A stretch of 64,000 nt of DNA from Lama glama (taxonomy: Eukaryota), in the NCBI GenBank assembly GCA_028534125.1, contig CM052816.1, positions 69,132,001-69,196,000 of the forward strand, read 5' to 3'. The notes under the pieces are model-generated. The model did not search any database, was not told where the DNA came from, and saw only the letters and a program-made list of their open reading frames with translations. The stretch's first letter is position 1. Every line of letters starts with the position of its first letter. Shown piece after piece: positions 24,650-37,434 of this stretch. The translations under genes were made by a program, and so were the position numbers.

Positions 24650-25375
24650 CAAGAATCTGGACGAACCCTACTGAGACCTGCCACTTATAAGCCACGAGAT
24701 CGTGGCTATATTATCTGAACTCCGAGCCTTAGTTTATTCATCTATGAAAGGGAGATAGAAATACTTACCTCTCAGCATTATTACTAAGACAGAGCATGCA
24801 ACAGACGGCAGATATCTTTAACAATACTGATGTTACTACTAGCTGGAATTCCCAGAAGTGACTGCAAGAATGAATTCTCTTCTAGTAAACTAGTCCCTCT
24901 TTGTGTCTCCGATTCCAAACAATAGTAGTATCTACTCCAATGGCTTTTGTGAGGATTACATGAATTAATACATGTAAACCCTTAGGATAGTGCTTGGCAC
25001 GTGGTAAACCTTTTCAAATTCATGTGCTTTCAATTTATATTAAATTTCTTTGACCAAATCTAAAGATATAAACCACTTTTCTGCCAAAGGAATATATGAT
25101 TTAGTCAGAAGTATTATATCATCTTTTCCTACTCATTGACCACAGACTTTACCCTTAAAAAGCCCTTTTCTTATTATCTAGACAAGACAAAGTAAGCTGT
25201 TTTTGTGGGGGGGGGAAAGCACCAGGCTTTACTAGTGAGTAGTGGAAGGCTGGACCCAATGTGGCCTTGGGCAAGTCACGCTCTGAGTTTTCTCATCTGA
25301 CACGTGGGAATAATAACATCACTGTCCAAACCACCTGAGAACCTCCCTGGGTGGTTTAAAGATCATGTGGGATAA
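24650..25375 (+). mobile_element. Three MIR fragments (about 24650-24790, 24890-25010, 25245-25375)
   Basis: MIR core variants: ccttagtttattcatctatgaaa, gtgaggattacatgaattaatacatgtaaa...gtgcttggcacgtgg, ccttgggcaagtca...tttctcatctg. Confidence 0.65.
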
Positions 25376-25679
25376 AGGAGACTCTTGCCTCCTTGTGTAC
25401 GATATGGTTAGTGTCCATGAATAATGCTTATCTTCTCCCAGTCTACATAATCAACTCTTGGGCTTCTTCCTTGTCTGTTGAATTGGATGTGAATGATAAG
25501 GCTATTTGGGGTGCTTCTGGGGTCCACTAAGGTGATAACTCTGAAGGACAGTGTTCAAGCCACTTAAACTTAACATACAAAATACTTCACAAGATACCAT
25601 TGAAGGATAGCTTAACAACTTAATATAGAAACACTGAGTACTGACACTTAATGATGTAAAAGATTTTATGGATTGTGTC

Positions 25680-26138
25680 TGTTTTGGGCAGAACTGTGTC
25701 CTCCTAAATCTGCATGTTGATGTGTTAACCTCTAAAACTTCTGAATGAGGTCATTAGGGTGGGCTCAAATCCAATATGTCCTTGTAAGAGGAAATTTGGG
25801 CACAGAAATGTACAGAGGGGAAGACAATGTGAAGACACAGGGAGAAGATGGCCAAGCCAAGGAGTGCCAAGGATTGCTGGCAACACCAAAAGCTATGAAG
25901 GGGCAAGGAAGAAGCCTCCTGTTGGGGCCTTCAGAGGGAGTATGACCCTGTTGACACTTTGATTTTGGACTTCTAGCATCCAGAGCCTGCAGGAGGAACA
26001 AAGCCCTACAGACATCTTGATTTTAGCTCAGAGAAACCCATTTTAGACTTCTGACCTCTACAACTGTAAGAGAATACATTTGTGTTAAGCTACTAAATTT
26101 ATGGTAATTTATTATAGCAGCAATAAAAAGCTAACACA
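25680..26138 (+). mobile_element. MLT1B/C/D-type MaLR solo LTR
   Basis: Starts tgttttgggcagaactgtgtcc. Contains gaggtcattagggtggg and aagccaaggagtgccaaggattgctggcaacacc. Ends tagcagcaataaaaagctaacaca. Confidence 0.85.
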
Positions 26139-26164
26139 GATGGTCATGGAAATGTTAAGTCCTG

Positions 26165-26345
26165 GTAGCATTTATTGAAACCCTACTCCAGGCATGTTAT
26201 AGCTGTCCTTCCTTGTCCTCATAAAAAGGTATTATCCCATTTGGCAAATGAGATATCAGAGGATCAGAATGGTCAAGAAACACCGAACAGTATACTATTA
26301 GCACATGGTGGAGCTGGGCTGAAAATCTGTCAAACCCATACTCTG
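26165..26345 (-). mobile_element. MIR fragment
   Basis: agcatttattgaaaccctact...ggtattatcccatttggcaaatgag...tggtggagctggg. Confidence 0.55.
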
Positions 26346-26351
26346 ATGTAC

Positions 26352-26633
26352 CAGTGCCATTCAAAGTGTGGTGCCCAGGTGTTGTTACACTGAAATAAGT
26401 ACAATATGGAAAGTGCATGTTTAGAAACTTTTTATAGTAATTTTTTTATAATTTTGAAATATAATTTTATTTTTGTTGAATATAGTAATAAAAGTGGGGA
26501 CTCATTTCAATTGTCTTTTTAATTTAACTTTTAAGTAATTTATTCTTACTGTATTTTTTAAAAATATTGATTCACTATGGATTCATGAAAAATAAATACT
26601 GGTTCCAAATCCTAGGTGCTTTGAGAAGCACTG
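26352..26633. mobile_element. hAT-Charlie MITE (MER5/MER119-like ends)
   Basis: Terminal inverted repeats cagtgccattcaaa ... tttgagaagcactg (11/14 match) around an AT-rich core. Confidence 0.55.
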
Positions 26634-28399
26634 CACTGACCACAATGCTGAGATTTGGGGTTGTTATGGATCCTTGACTCTGGCTTTACTAGTCTCCCCC
26701 AAAGTGGTGAGAGTGGGGACCCTGGCCCACAGCTGCTCAGGGCCTTCCTGGGGAGGCATTGAGGTGTAGGGGCAACCTGGTTCTCTGAAGTGTTCATTTT
26801 CCCTGATGGGAAGGTCTTCCCAGTTCTTTCCAGTCATACCTCAAAGCCTTACCACCTTCTTTTTCCTTTTAATAAAGGATTTTCAAAGTTTATTTTAACT
26901 TTTTCTTCTCTTTCTTTGGTCAATTTTTTTTGTGAGAGTGCATGCCCCCCACATATTTCACATGGTCTGCATTTTTATGAATCCAAGAATAAATACATTT
27001 TTGGCTAACAACTAAGAAGTATTTTTAGATTCACAGGGCTGTATTTTTGTCTTTTACAGAACATAATTTGAAGCAGATGCAGTTGCATGCAGAACTCTTT
27101 AATTCTGCACCCAATTTCAGATGTCCTGCTGACACATTGTGTCCCTTGAGAAATCCCTTGAGAAATATGTTAACACTTCAATAAAAACTGATCTGATATG
27201 AAGTATCTCAGTTTAGATGGACAAGCCATCCAAGGAACAAGGAGCTGGGGTTTGCTTGTTCCTTCAAACTGCTTTGGGTCAGCTGCATTTTAACCTTTGC
27301 TTTGCCAAGGAGAGGGGCTTTGCTGTGGAGGTGTTTAGCAAACAAGGAAAGGAAAGGATGGAAGGTAAAGTAGGAACAAGTTTCAAAGCCCAAAGAGACC
27401 ACTGGGAGCAGATGAGAACTTGCCCAAACTAATCACTGCTGTTTCCCCACCACCACTCGCAGGTCCAAGGGAGTTTGTGTGATAGAATGAGAAAAAACCC
27501 TACCAACCTATCCCACTCATGGAATTTCCCACATTTCAATAGATGTGGAAGCAACCTCTGTCATCATCTAGTTCAACATTCTTATTCTACAGCTGTGCTC
27601 AAAGACTACATTTGGTTCTGACTTTGCTTTGTACAATTATCAACTAAGTAGGTGTCAAAAAGTCCCTTGAACAAGTGAATGAATGAGTGAAATTGAGACC
27701 CAGAAAAAGTAAATACCTTATCCAAGATGACAGATTTCAGAATATATCAGACTCATTTCCACACAGTCCAGCAGGCTTGCTGTACAATACAGAAGTAGAA
27801 TACTCCTGGTGTGAATTCAGACTGGGCACTGGTTCTCTTCTGGCTAGCTCAGAGTTAACAAATCACCCCAGCTGGGTTTAACTTGCTCACCAAGCAGGAA
27901 TTCGATGCATTTTAAGTCAAGAGGTCCTGGATGCCAGAAGATGAAAAGTTTCATAGGCCTGGGTGAACATTGTGCATTATTTTATTTCACCCCAGAAAGT
28001 AGAAGCTAAGTGGTGGAGGGTTGGCCATGGTTAAAATGCTCCAAGGGAGAAGGTTCTTTCTACTCTGCTATGACTGGAGATGAGACAGAATATTTGACCT
28101 TTTCCTAGTAAAATAAAGAGTAAAGTTTAGGCCCTCCACAAATCTTCCAAGTGTTGAAGATTTAAGTCACTATTAGGATTAAAATTAAGGAAATATCAAC
28201 AGCCTTCTGTGGCTAACAACCTTTTTTCCTATCCCTGAAAAATCATTCAAAATTTGGGAGTAACTCCAGGGAGAATAAATGAAATGTAACAGGAATGCTG
28301 GCCTGTCAATATGGGAAAACGACTAGCTTGGAAAAGTGACCATGAGCTTCGCCTCACAGATGGGCAGCATGAACAATGAACAAAAGCTGTGATGTAGCA

Positions 28400-28850
28400 C
28401 AAAAAGCCTGGCTGCTGTCAGAACACTTGATGGGGCAGGTGATGTGCCTTCTCAGGGCTTTGTTTTCTTCATTTGAAAATGACCATGACAAAACTTCCCT
28501 CACAGAATTGTTGTGATGAGGTTTATTAAGAGAATAGATGTATATTAATAATAATGGCTAAAATTTTCTAGCATTTACTATGTGCTAAGGCACTATACTG
28601 AGGTTTTTTTGTTTGTTTTATTTTTTGTTTTTGGGGTTTTTATTTTTTCTTAGTCTAACTTATCTCAGAAGTGACTTTGGGCAAATTATTTATCTTTTAT
28701 CCTTTTAGCTTTTATTCTTTATTGCAAATAAACGCCTGGAAATTAATAATTGTACCTACTTCATAGAGTTGTTGCCAAGATTTATAAATTATTTATGAAC
28801 ATGCTTCCTCAAGTATATAACCCATGTAAGTCCTTAATGAGTATCAGCTA
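28400..28850 (+). mobile_element. MIR fragments around a T-rich tract
   Basis: ttttcttcatttgaaaatg...tcacagaattgttgtga, and gtgactttgggcaaattattta...taattgtacctacttcatagagttgttg. Confidence 0.6.
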
Positions 28851-28944
28851 TTAGGATCTGCTCTATTATAATGCCTAGTGATGATTAACAATGTAATATT
28901 GAGTTCCCATGAATATTATCTGAATGAGGAGGGAGAGGGGGACT

Positions 28945-29435
28945 TGTGGTAACTACGGAAAACTTGCATTTTGTCCCTTCATGTGTGCTCTCCACATGTC
29001 TCCCTTCTCCTTGCTCTGTGCCCAGGGAGGCTGACCTATATGGGCTTCATCAAGAGGCTCCCTCACCCACTGACTTCTGGTTAGCTCAGCTGATGCAGAG
29101 TCTGAGCAAAGAGGGAGGGAGAGAGGGAGGAGAGTGAGGTCAAGATGTTTATTCCCAGCTTCTTTCCTGTAGGGTTCCTGGGGGCCATCCACCTTGCTAG
29201 GACCCTCTTCACACAGCTTTGTATCTGGGGCTTTGGTTGGGACTTCCTCCTCTGGCCCCTTTAGGCCTAAGAATGGTAAGAATTTCTCTCTCTGGCCAGC
29301 CAAGGGCACTGCACTATCACTTGTGGTTTCCCTGTATTCTGCCCACATGTTGGAAAATAGTCCCTTTATTACACTCTCCTTGAGTTGCCCAAATATGACC
29401 TATAGAGTCTTCCTGGGCACTTTGCCTTGTATTCA
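28945..29435 (+). mobile_element. LTR33-family (ERVL) solo LTR
   Basis: gctctgtgcccagggaggctgacct, ggaggagagtgaggtcaagatgtttattccc, cccctttaggccta, aaatagtccctttatta. Confidence 0.75.
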
Positions 29436-29589
29436 TTTCATTCCTGTGTTAACACCCAATAGAGGCAGCGAACAATACTTCAGAGGAACAAATTCTATAA
29501 TTTCCAAATTAGTCATCCTGATATATTTCTTTTACACATTTATCCTCCTTCTACTCTCCTCCCATCTCATCTCACATGGGAGGACTGTG

Positions 29590-30140
29590 ACCTTGTTTAG
29601 ATTTTTCTAGACAGGGGACAAAGGTTCAACGGCTTTGGAGTGTGGGTAAGAGTGTGTTGGATGAATTTAGGCTAGACAGTGTAAGAATGAGGCCAGGAAG
29701 GTGCTAACAGACTGGAAGAAAATCAGACAGATCAAAGGACTAGTGATCTGCATGAGGCTGAAGTTCAGGTGGTGAGGGAGTGAAGAGAGGAGACAACTGA
29801 AAATATAAGAAGTTCTGTCTGAGGGTGAGATGGTAAGTTAAGATTTCAGAGCTAGAGAAGTTCCAAGAGACGACAAGAGCCACAGTGTGTGGTGGGATCA
29901 GGTGGGTGAAGTGGAGCAAAATTGACAGCCACTGTATTTAAGGAGGTCCAGGAAATAGAAGACAAGATAAGGGGTGAGTTGCCCATGTGGTCACCGACAT
30001 CACCATAAAGTGACCTCACCAGAAGGATGAAGACACAGTTGGTGCTTAAAGGACAATGATCTGGGTGCTAAAGATGTCAATGAAACCAGGGATTGAACCA
30101 GGAAGTTAGTAGGTGACAACCGTAGGAGGGACAGCTATAT
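29590..30140 (-). mobile_element. L2 LINE internal fragment
   Basis: Purine-rich decayed antisense L2-like text (gatcaaaggactagtgatct, ggtgctaaagatgtcaatgaa). Confidence 0.45.
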
Positions 30141-33100
30141 GGCACACATCTCAAAGAAGGAATAACTCAAGGGCAGTTAATCCCATTCGTGAATGCCAAT
30201 GCCTCTAGGCCCTAAGGAAGACTTATGAAAGAATCTCCTATATCATTTGACTCAGCAGAAAACAGATGTCACACTCATTTTGGGCAAAACATTCCAGGAC
30301 AACAGGAACCTACAGTAAGAGACGGAAGAATTCTCACTTGGGAAGGAAAGAGACTATGGCAAACACATGTTTATTTGAATGTTTACTCAAATCTTTCAAA
30401 ATCTCAAAAATGTTTCCTACAATTTTACCTTTCCAATGGAAATATTTTCATACCCATTTTTCAAACACTTGTGTAATATGTTTTTCCTTTAAATACTGTA
30501 GTTTTGCAAGAATTTCCTGGTTTAACAATGATTCACTTCTTTAACAGATAAATAAGTCCTGCAAAATTACACAATCCATTTCTCATAGTTTGCTTGAAAA
30601 ATAAGGAGATTAAAAGAAAAAGTAAGATCCAGGATATGAGATTAGTTTTCATTTAATTTACTATAAAATATAATCTGCCATTTCATTTTGTGTTGTAACT
30701 CCAGAATCAATTTTAAACTTTTTGCAAAGGAAAGATTGAAAATAAGAATATTTAAACAATATAAGTAAATTCCTTGAGGCCAACATAACTCTTCTTGGTT
30801 ACTCTTTCAAGAATCATTCTCTTGTTGATCTCCAGCTGCTGAACTTTTGCTTCAGATAGAGAAACCCAAAGTTACTTTCTTGGAACAGATCACAGGACAG
30901 AAGCATCAGCCTTGCACTTAGGAAGGGCAAGATCCTGGTTTGGTTTGTATGGTTAAGATGGTTCTTCACCCCATCATCCATTTTCTCTTCTTTTCCATTT
31001 CCTCTGGATTTGCTGTTGGACCCCCAACTACTCCAAATAAAGACAGTATTTCATAGCCTTGCTTGAGGCTAGGTTTGACCACATACCTAAATTTCAGCCT
31101 TTCTGATGTCTTCGATGCTGTTGATGAACAAAGTTTACTGTTCAGGGTGCTATCAGTTCCACTGACTCCCCCTAGGTGGATAGGAGCACAGAGAGTAGCA
31201 TCTTTTCCTGCACACACCAACCATATCATTGGGAACATTGCCTAACCTCTTGCTACCATCTGTGAAAGGAGAATAATATATCTACCTCATGGGGTGACTG
31301 TGAGGACTGAAAAAAATAATGATAATAAAAGACAATATTTAATTGGGCACCTCCCATGTGCCAAGATCTGGATGCATGTATTTGGTACCAAATATTTAAT
31401 AAATATTAACACAAGGCTCCTAGCATCCTACTCACATTGTAAAAGCAGTGCTGCCCACGTGAGTCTACAGGCGTCTGAGCTCCAGGGCTCTTCTCCATAG
31501 GACACAGATCTGAGTTCACAGGATGTTAGTCTCATGGGACAACCTGAGTAACAACAACTCTTCTGTGCTTTCCCACCCTTGACCCTGATATATTGTAGTT
31601 AAGCCAAGTAACATGTCACCCCCAAGTGTCCTTGTCATTCATGCAAAAGGAAAAGGGAAGAAAATATACCAGATAGTCTCTGCAGTTTTGTCCAAGTCCT
31701 CTGGATAAGTCTAGGCCTGTCTGAATCCCAGGATGAACAGTGTCCAGTTGAAACCTATTCACCCTCTCCCTACCCTACCTCTACAGGAACCACTGTGCAC
31801 ATCACTTCCAAAAATGGAGGGCTGAAGTCCTAATATATCTTAACATTTTATTGTGGTACAGTTGTCACCTTTGGGGACAAAAGGGTCTCTGAACCCAGAA
31901 GATTCTTTCTTCCCAACTTGTAGGCAGGAATCAAAGAAAAACACTAAACAACCACGATCAAAGACTAAGGGCTGCTGCTCTCTGCGATATGGGCCAAGTC
32001 GTTTAACCCCATGTGTCAGACCCCATTTTATTATTGAGGTGCTGATAAAACAAGGTGGATGTGTTAGTAATCATTACATAAGGGTCCATACTGCCAAGGA
32101 GTGGGTGACTTACATTCGGATCTGTCTTGGCATTAACCAGAGGCAACTCAGATCTTGGGGATAGGTTTGTCCCCACAAGGCACACCACGCCTGGGAGCCC
32201 TAATACCAAGCCCTGGCCCAGAGGCCCATGAAACCCAAAGCAGGCGGAGAGGTACAGCTCTACTGCTGGCCTTTCCCTGCAACGGAGGGCAGCTGGCAGG
32301 ACTGTGCATTGGAGCTGGCCCTACATCTGGGCCTCTCAGTTTGTCAGGGAACAACAACCAAAGTGAGGTTTACTGAAGGGAGCTGGGGGTGCATCACAGA
32401 ACATGGGGCCACTTGGGGTGGTCAGGGACAGCTAAAGAGAGACAATAATTTCATGAGGAGGGAAATGAAGCTTCTAGTAGAGAGCATTCCTTGGTCAATC
32501 TTTTTAGTTCTCAGCCAGTTTAAAAACCATGTGTATGTGTACAGCATAGATTGTGAATGTACGTGTGTGTGTGTGTGAGCTTGTATACAGTACAGCACAT
32601 AACCACTCCTCACCCCTGGGGAAGTGGAGTGACAACTTCTATAAAACTAACATTGCAAGGACATTTTGTCATGGATTTTCTGAGACAATCTCTACTTCAA
32701 ATACTTTGGGTCAAAACATATTTTTTGAATTGGTTAACAGGATATGTGGTCTCAATGTTTAATATCATGTGTCATTAAGATGTTTCATCATCTACCCAGT
32801 TTTCTCTAAAATACTCACCAGTGCCCCTTCCCCATCCTCCATAATCACTTATTTAAAAGTTTATCAAAAAACGTATTTTTACTCTCCTCAAAACATTTTT
32901 CTTAAAGTTTCCTCATGCATTTGGCTTTGGTTCTGGAAACACTGTCATTTTTTTCTCTTTGCCACAGATATCACGAAATGATTTATTTACAGAAAGGTAG
33001 GATTAGGGTTGGGGAGGATGGGACGCCAATGAAGAATGGAGAGGAGGACTAGTCCTCAAAAATATATAAACATTTCTGCTTTGGGACTCTTAGATGTAGA

Positions 33101-33221
33101 GTTTAACTAAAAAGCCATCTCTAGCTTTGTAGGGCTGGTCCTCAGCATAAGGCAATAAGGTGATTGTTCTCACCAGATAATTTATAACTGTAAAATAACA
33201 GCCTTAAAATTGTCCCTATTC

Positions 33222-33386
33222 CTCTGCTATTCAAGATGTAGTTCAAGACCTGGCAGCCTTAGCAACAACTGGGAGCTTGTTAGAAATGCAGAATCCCAGA
33301 TTCTGATCCCTCCCCACTGAAAAGGAACTACATTTTGACAGGTTCCCAGGTGGTTACATGCACAACATTTGAAAAGCAAATGTCTA
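33222..33386. mobile_element. MER5A-type hAT-Charlie MITE
   Basis: ctgggagcttgttagaaatgcagaatcccag...cattttgacaggttcccaggtggttacatgcaca...tttgaaaagcaaatg. Confidence 0.8.
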
Positions 33387-35254
33387 GAGAACATCCCACA
33401 TGGAAACTGAGGCCCAGGCATGGTGAGGAATGTGACCTAGATGTCTTCCTTCAGGGTAAGTGTGCAAAGATGACTATTTTCCTATAATTGAACCTGGATA
33501 TTGAGCCTGGACTCCTGTTCTGTAGAAGAAATGTTTTTCTTGTCCAGTCAAGGTAAATTGGCAGTTCTGGATTTTTTTCAGTTTCGGTAAACAGCTGTTT
33601 GGGTAAACAGTAACTCAGGATTGTCCATCACTCTTTCTGCCTGCCCTTCTATGCAGGGGTATCCAACTGCCTGGGGGTCTGATCTTCAGTTCTGGACTCA
33701 GAGGGGCAGAGTATGGCTGCCAGAGACAATTGTGCCATTTGTCTGTCCAAAGTGCCTGGAACCAGAGCTAAGTGAGGCTGAAATTCCTTCCTTCTGCCAC
33801 TCTCCAGGTTAGAGCCCTTTGTGGGGTCAGCTTCTGCATGGAAGAAGAGGCATCTTTTATCAATTCACACGAAGTCTCCTGGACAGAACAGCCTAGCAGA
33901 GGCCCCGGGTCAGGGCTATTTGGTCCGTGGTGATCCCCAGTAGAGATCAGCATGAACAGAGAGAAACTTCATCTCACTGTGTGCCAGCTGAACGGCCCTG
34001 CAAGGACTGACTGATTAATCGGAGAAGCCATGAAGGCTGTGCAAAATTCAACCTGAGAGCATTTTTATAATCTCAGGGCCTGGAGAACTTGTGGATATGA
34101 AAGAATGCAAATTCCTCCTTGGAGTTTACTTTTCTTTGCTTCTTAAGATACATAAATGTCTTTTTCAAGGGACCTTAATCAAGTGAAAATCCTGAGTGTG
34201 GGTCTCAATTTCTTTGAGCAGACTGAAGAATTTGGAAATATATAACTTGACCTTAAAGGGTAGAGGTCACCTTCTTAAAGTTGTGACATCTACTACATAG
34301 CAACTACAAGTAGGAGAAGATATATCCCACCGGGGTCTCATGCCCCTGGCCAGGTATCTGGGCCCTGATTTGGTCTAATGCAACCACAAGCAAGTTGAGA
34401 AGGTCAGCCCTAAATTCTGTGTGGGGTGATATAGTAGTTTTCTTAGTAGAACTGGGAAGAGTTAGAATCACATATGTTTAAGGACTTCAAGCAGTAATAC
34501 TGATATTTTAAATTAAGGTATATGAAAATATTTCATATTCAATATACTTATGCTAGTCAGGAGACCTGAACTTATTAGAATAAAAGGTCAGCCTTATAAC
34601 TCCAATCTGAAATTTATAATTGACTAATTGACTTTAACTTACTATTTTTAAGTAAAAATCCTACTGTTCTGTATAGTAGTAGTTTAATAATTAAGACAAC
34701 TTAGGTCCACCATACATAAGCTTAAGTTATTCTTATAAATCTAATACATTTCTCTTGAGAAGTTAGAAAATTGAAGTGGAAATAAAGTGGAAAGCTCCTT
34801 AATTGGAAATAAATGTATTAAAATGTAAAGTCATTTGAAATATTTGAATGTGTTTAACTTACAAATGGAACCAAATACTAAACAAAGATCTCCTAAAAAG
34901 CAATTGCCTGAATAATATTTGTAAGACCAGCGAACTTTATTCACCAATTGCATTTAAAAGATAAAAGCAGAACCAGGCTTTAAAATCTGAAACCTTAATA
35001 AATCAAATTTTAATTTTAAAACAACAGAGCAAACCTCAGAATAGTGTTGCCTCTGCAAAACCACAGTTAGGGACACAAAAAACTGAGAGTTATAACGAGC
35101 TGACTTTCATTGCTAAGGTCCTTGGTTCTACTGGGTGTAGAGCCAAAGACCCTGATCCCAGGAGGTACTTTCCAAGAGAGCTCTCCGGTGCTCTCCATGG
35201 TCGGGGTAGGATGGGAGGTAGAGGGGTGGGAGATATCGAAGGACAAGTACTATC

Positions 35255-35680
35255 CATTCACTTGCTCAGTAAGCACTTATGAAGCACCTACTGTTGCTAC
35301 ATGCTGGTGGGAAAAAGGGTGAATTGAACTCAGGCCCTGTCCTCCGTGGCTTACAGTATGGTGAAGGAAACTGATGCTTAAATAGGCACTAAAATGCAGT
35401 GCGATAAATTGTAGTAATGCCTAACCCAGCTCCTGGAGATTGGGGAAGGATTTGCCAGGGAGGAGATAGAGAATAAATGAAATTCTGAAGGAGGCCTGCA
35501 GTTGGCTTGCCAGGTGGGGGTAAAGGGAGAGGAATGAAAGCCACATCCATAGCTGACAGAGCAGCACAGGCCGTGCCCACAGAGGGAAGGGAGGGGGGAA
35601 AAGTCCAGAGCTCAGATGCTCTTTAGGAGATCATGCATTTGGAGTAGCTAGAAGGCCACTGAAGGTGACAGGTGGCTTGG
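35255..35680 (-). mobile_element. L2 LINE 3' end
   Basis: cattcacttgctcagtaagcacttatgaagcacctact...ggccctgtcctccgtggcttacagt. Confidence 0.65.
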
Positions 35681-35751
35681 TTTTAGGTGGGGAAGTAGTG
35701 GCAGCAGAGTAAGTAGTGAAGCACTAAAGACAGTCTCGGCCTGCTTCACGG

Positions 35752-36416
35752 TGACAGATTCTCTCCGTGACCAACTCTGGGCAGCCTCCTTCAAGCCCTC
35801 TTCTCAACTAAGCTTCAGCCTTGTCCTGAAAGACTTGAACAGACACTAACATAATTTCTAACAGCTCAAGGCCACATGACCCTTGCTGCCCTTAAAGTGC
35901 CTGCCTGAGAAAACTCAATAATTTGCTGTTCATTCAGGCCAGCACCTAAAGATAGGCCCCTGATCGCCCTTTCTTAGAACATTTATTAAAAAGTGCTTGC
36001 AGTTGTGAACACTTCTTCTGTCCCCTTGAGGTCTACATGTATCTCCTACAACTCAGGATCGTCTTTCTTAAGGACCTGAAAGCCACTCTTGAAATGTACT
36101 GATTGGGAAGGATAGGGCCACAGTCTCTGTGGGAGGACAGAATTCTAACTTGGATAACAGTCAGCTAGCAGACATGGCCGGGCTAATCGCATTTACATCA
36201 ATCAGTTCTTTGTAATCTTTCATTTCCTGATTCTGTTGAGCCCCCACCTCGCCTCCCTCCCTCCCCAACCCCTCACTCCCCGACCCAGTCTCCCCTGTAC
36301 AAATTGAAGTTCAGTTCAGTTCATCCTGGATTTTTTTCCCTATGACAACATTATATTACTGATGAAAACTTGTCCTTTCCACTTTAACTAGCATCCAGCA
36401 TTGGTTCTCTTTAACA
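35752..36416 (+). mobile_element. MER67/MER31-family (ERV1) solo LTR
   Basis: TG...CA ends. tgacagattctctccgtgaccaa, gacttgaacagacactaacata, cccttaaagtgcctgcctgagaaaactcaa. 4-bp TSD acgg/acag. Confidence 0.82.
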
Positions 36417-37434
36417 ACAGCTCAGATGAAAACCAGAGGAGAAACCACCAAACTCACTGGGCAGAATTATTTCAACTTGCCAGCCACATACGGTGCGAGT
36501 ACCTTGTTCACTCAGAGCCTGAGGCCTGCGCACACTGGGCCATTCACAAAGCTTGTTCAGCCTCCTTGGCCTGATGTGGCCAGTTATACCTCTGTGCAGA
36601 ACCAAGAAACCGCTGACTCACTGAAAACAGAGCGCGTTTATAAACAGGAAGCTGAGTGTGTGACCACAGACATTCAGCATCTGATAGCAATTGCTGAATG
36701 TGGCAAAAAAAAAAAAAAGAGTTTGAATTAAAAAAAAAAAATCTGTCCCGCTAAATTGGAACTCTCTGGCTCATGGAAATACAATCCTACTATTGATCAT
36801 TTACTAAATACTTAAATACGGGAGTTCTGATTTGGTCAGACTGAGTCGGTGAGTCAGACAGCCTCCAAATATTGATTGAATCCCTTGGAGCGTGTGGTTT
36901 CCTCTTTTTTCATTCTCCTCCCTCCCCAAGCAGAGCAAAAAGGATCCTTGATGAAGCTTTCATGGTCCATACAGAAGGGATTTGTTTTCCCTTTGAGCTC
37001 TGACAGGCTGTGCTCCAGAATGGAGCTCTGTGATATTATAAGCAAAGGCTCCCCTAGGATTGCCCCTAGACGAGATGCACAAATCCTGGTGCTTAAAACC
37101 TGCCGTGAAATGACACCTACAAAGCATTGAGTAGCTGGTGCTGAAACTGAAATGGAGACGTGCAGCGAGCAACCATAGTAGAGTATGTCACAGGACTTGT
37201 GTTTTCCCTACTTTCAGCAAAGGGGAGCCGGTCATTTTCCCTCTTGTTTGTGGTGGGGGTTGGTTTCAAGCAAAGTGACCCAAGAAGGTTGAACTCTGTG
37301 GCCAAGGAAAGAACCAGGTGATTATCCCAACAAGGTCTTCTGGGAATTGGCACCGTTGCCACATTTGTCCTAAGGGTGAAGGTACCCAAGTGATGTTTGG
37401 AATTGCTCCACTTCTTCCTGTGATATCATGCTCT

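Noticed and set aside
27142..27166. 12-bp tandem duplication tcccttgagaaa x2, and the agggaagat triplet near 58787-58824
   Set aside because: Ordinary slippage micro-duplications. Not spacer-repeat arrays.
30755..30860. Short protein-like minus frame SEAKVQQLEINKRMILERV
   Set aside because: Bounded by nearby stops, with no convincing splice sites and no recognised homologue.
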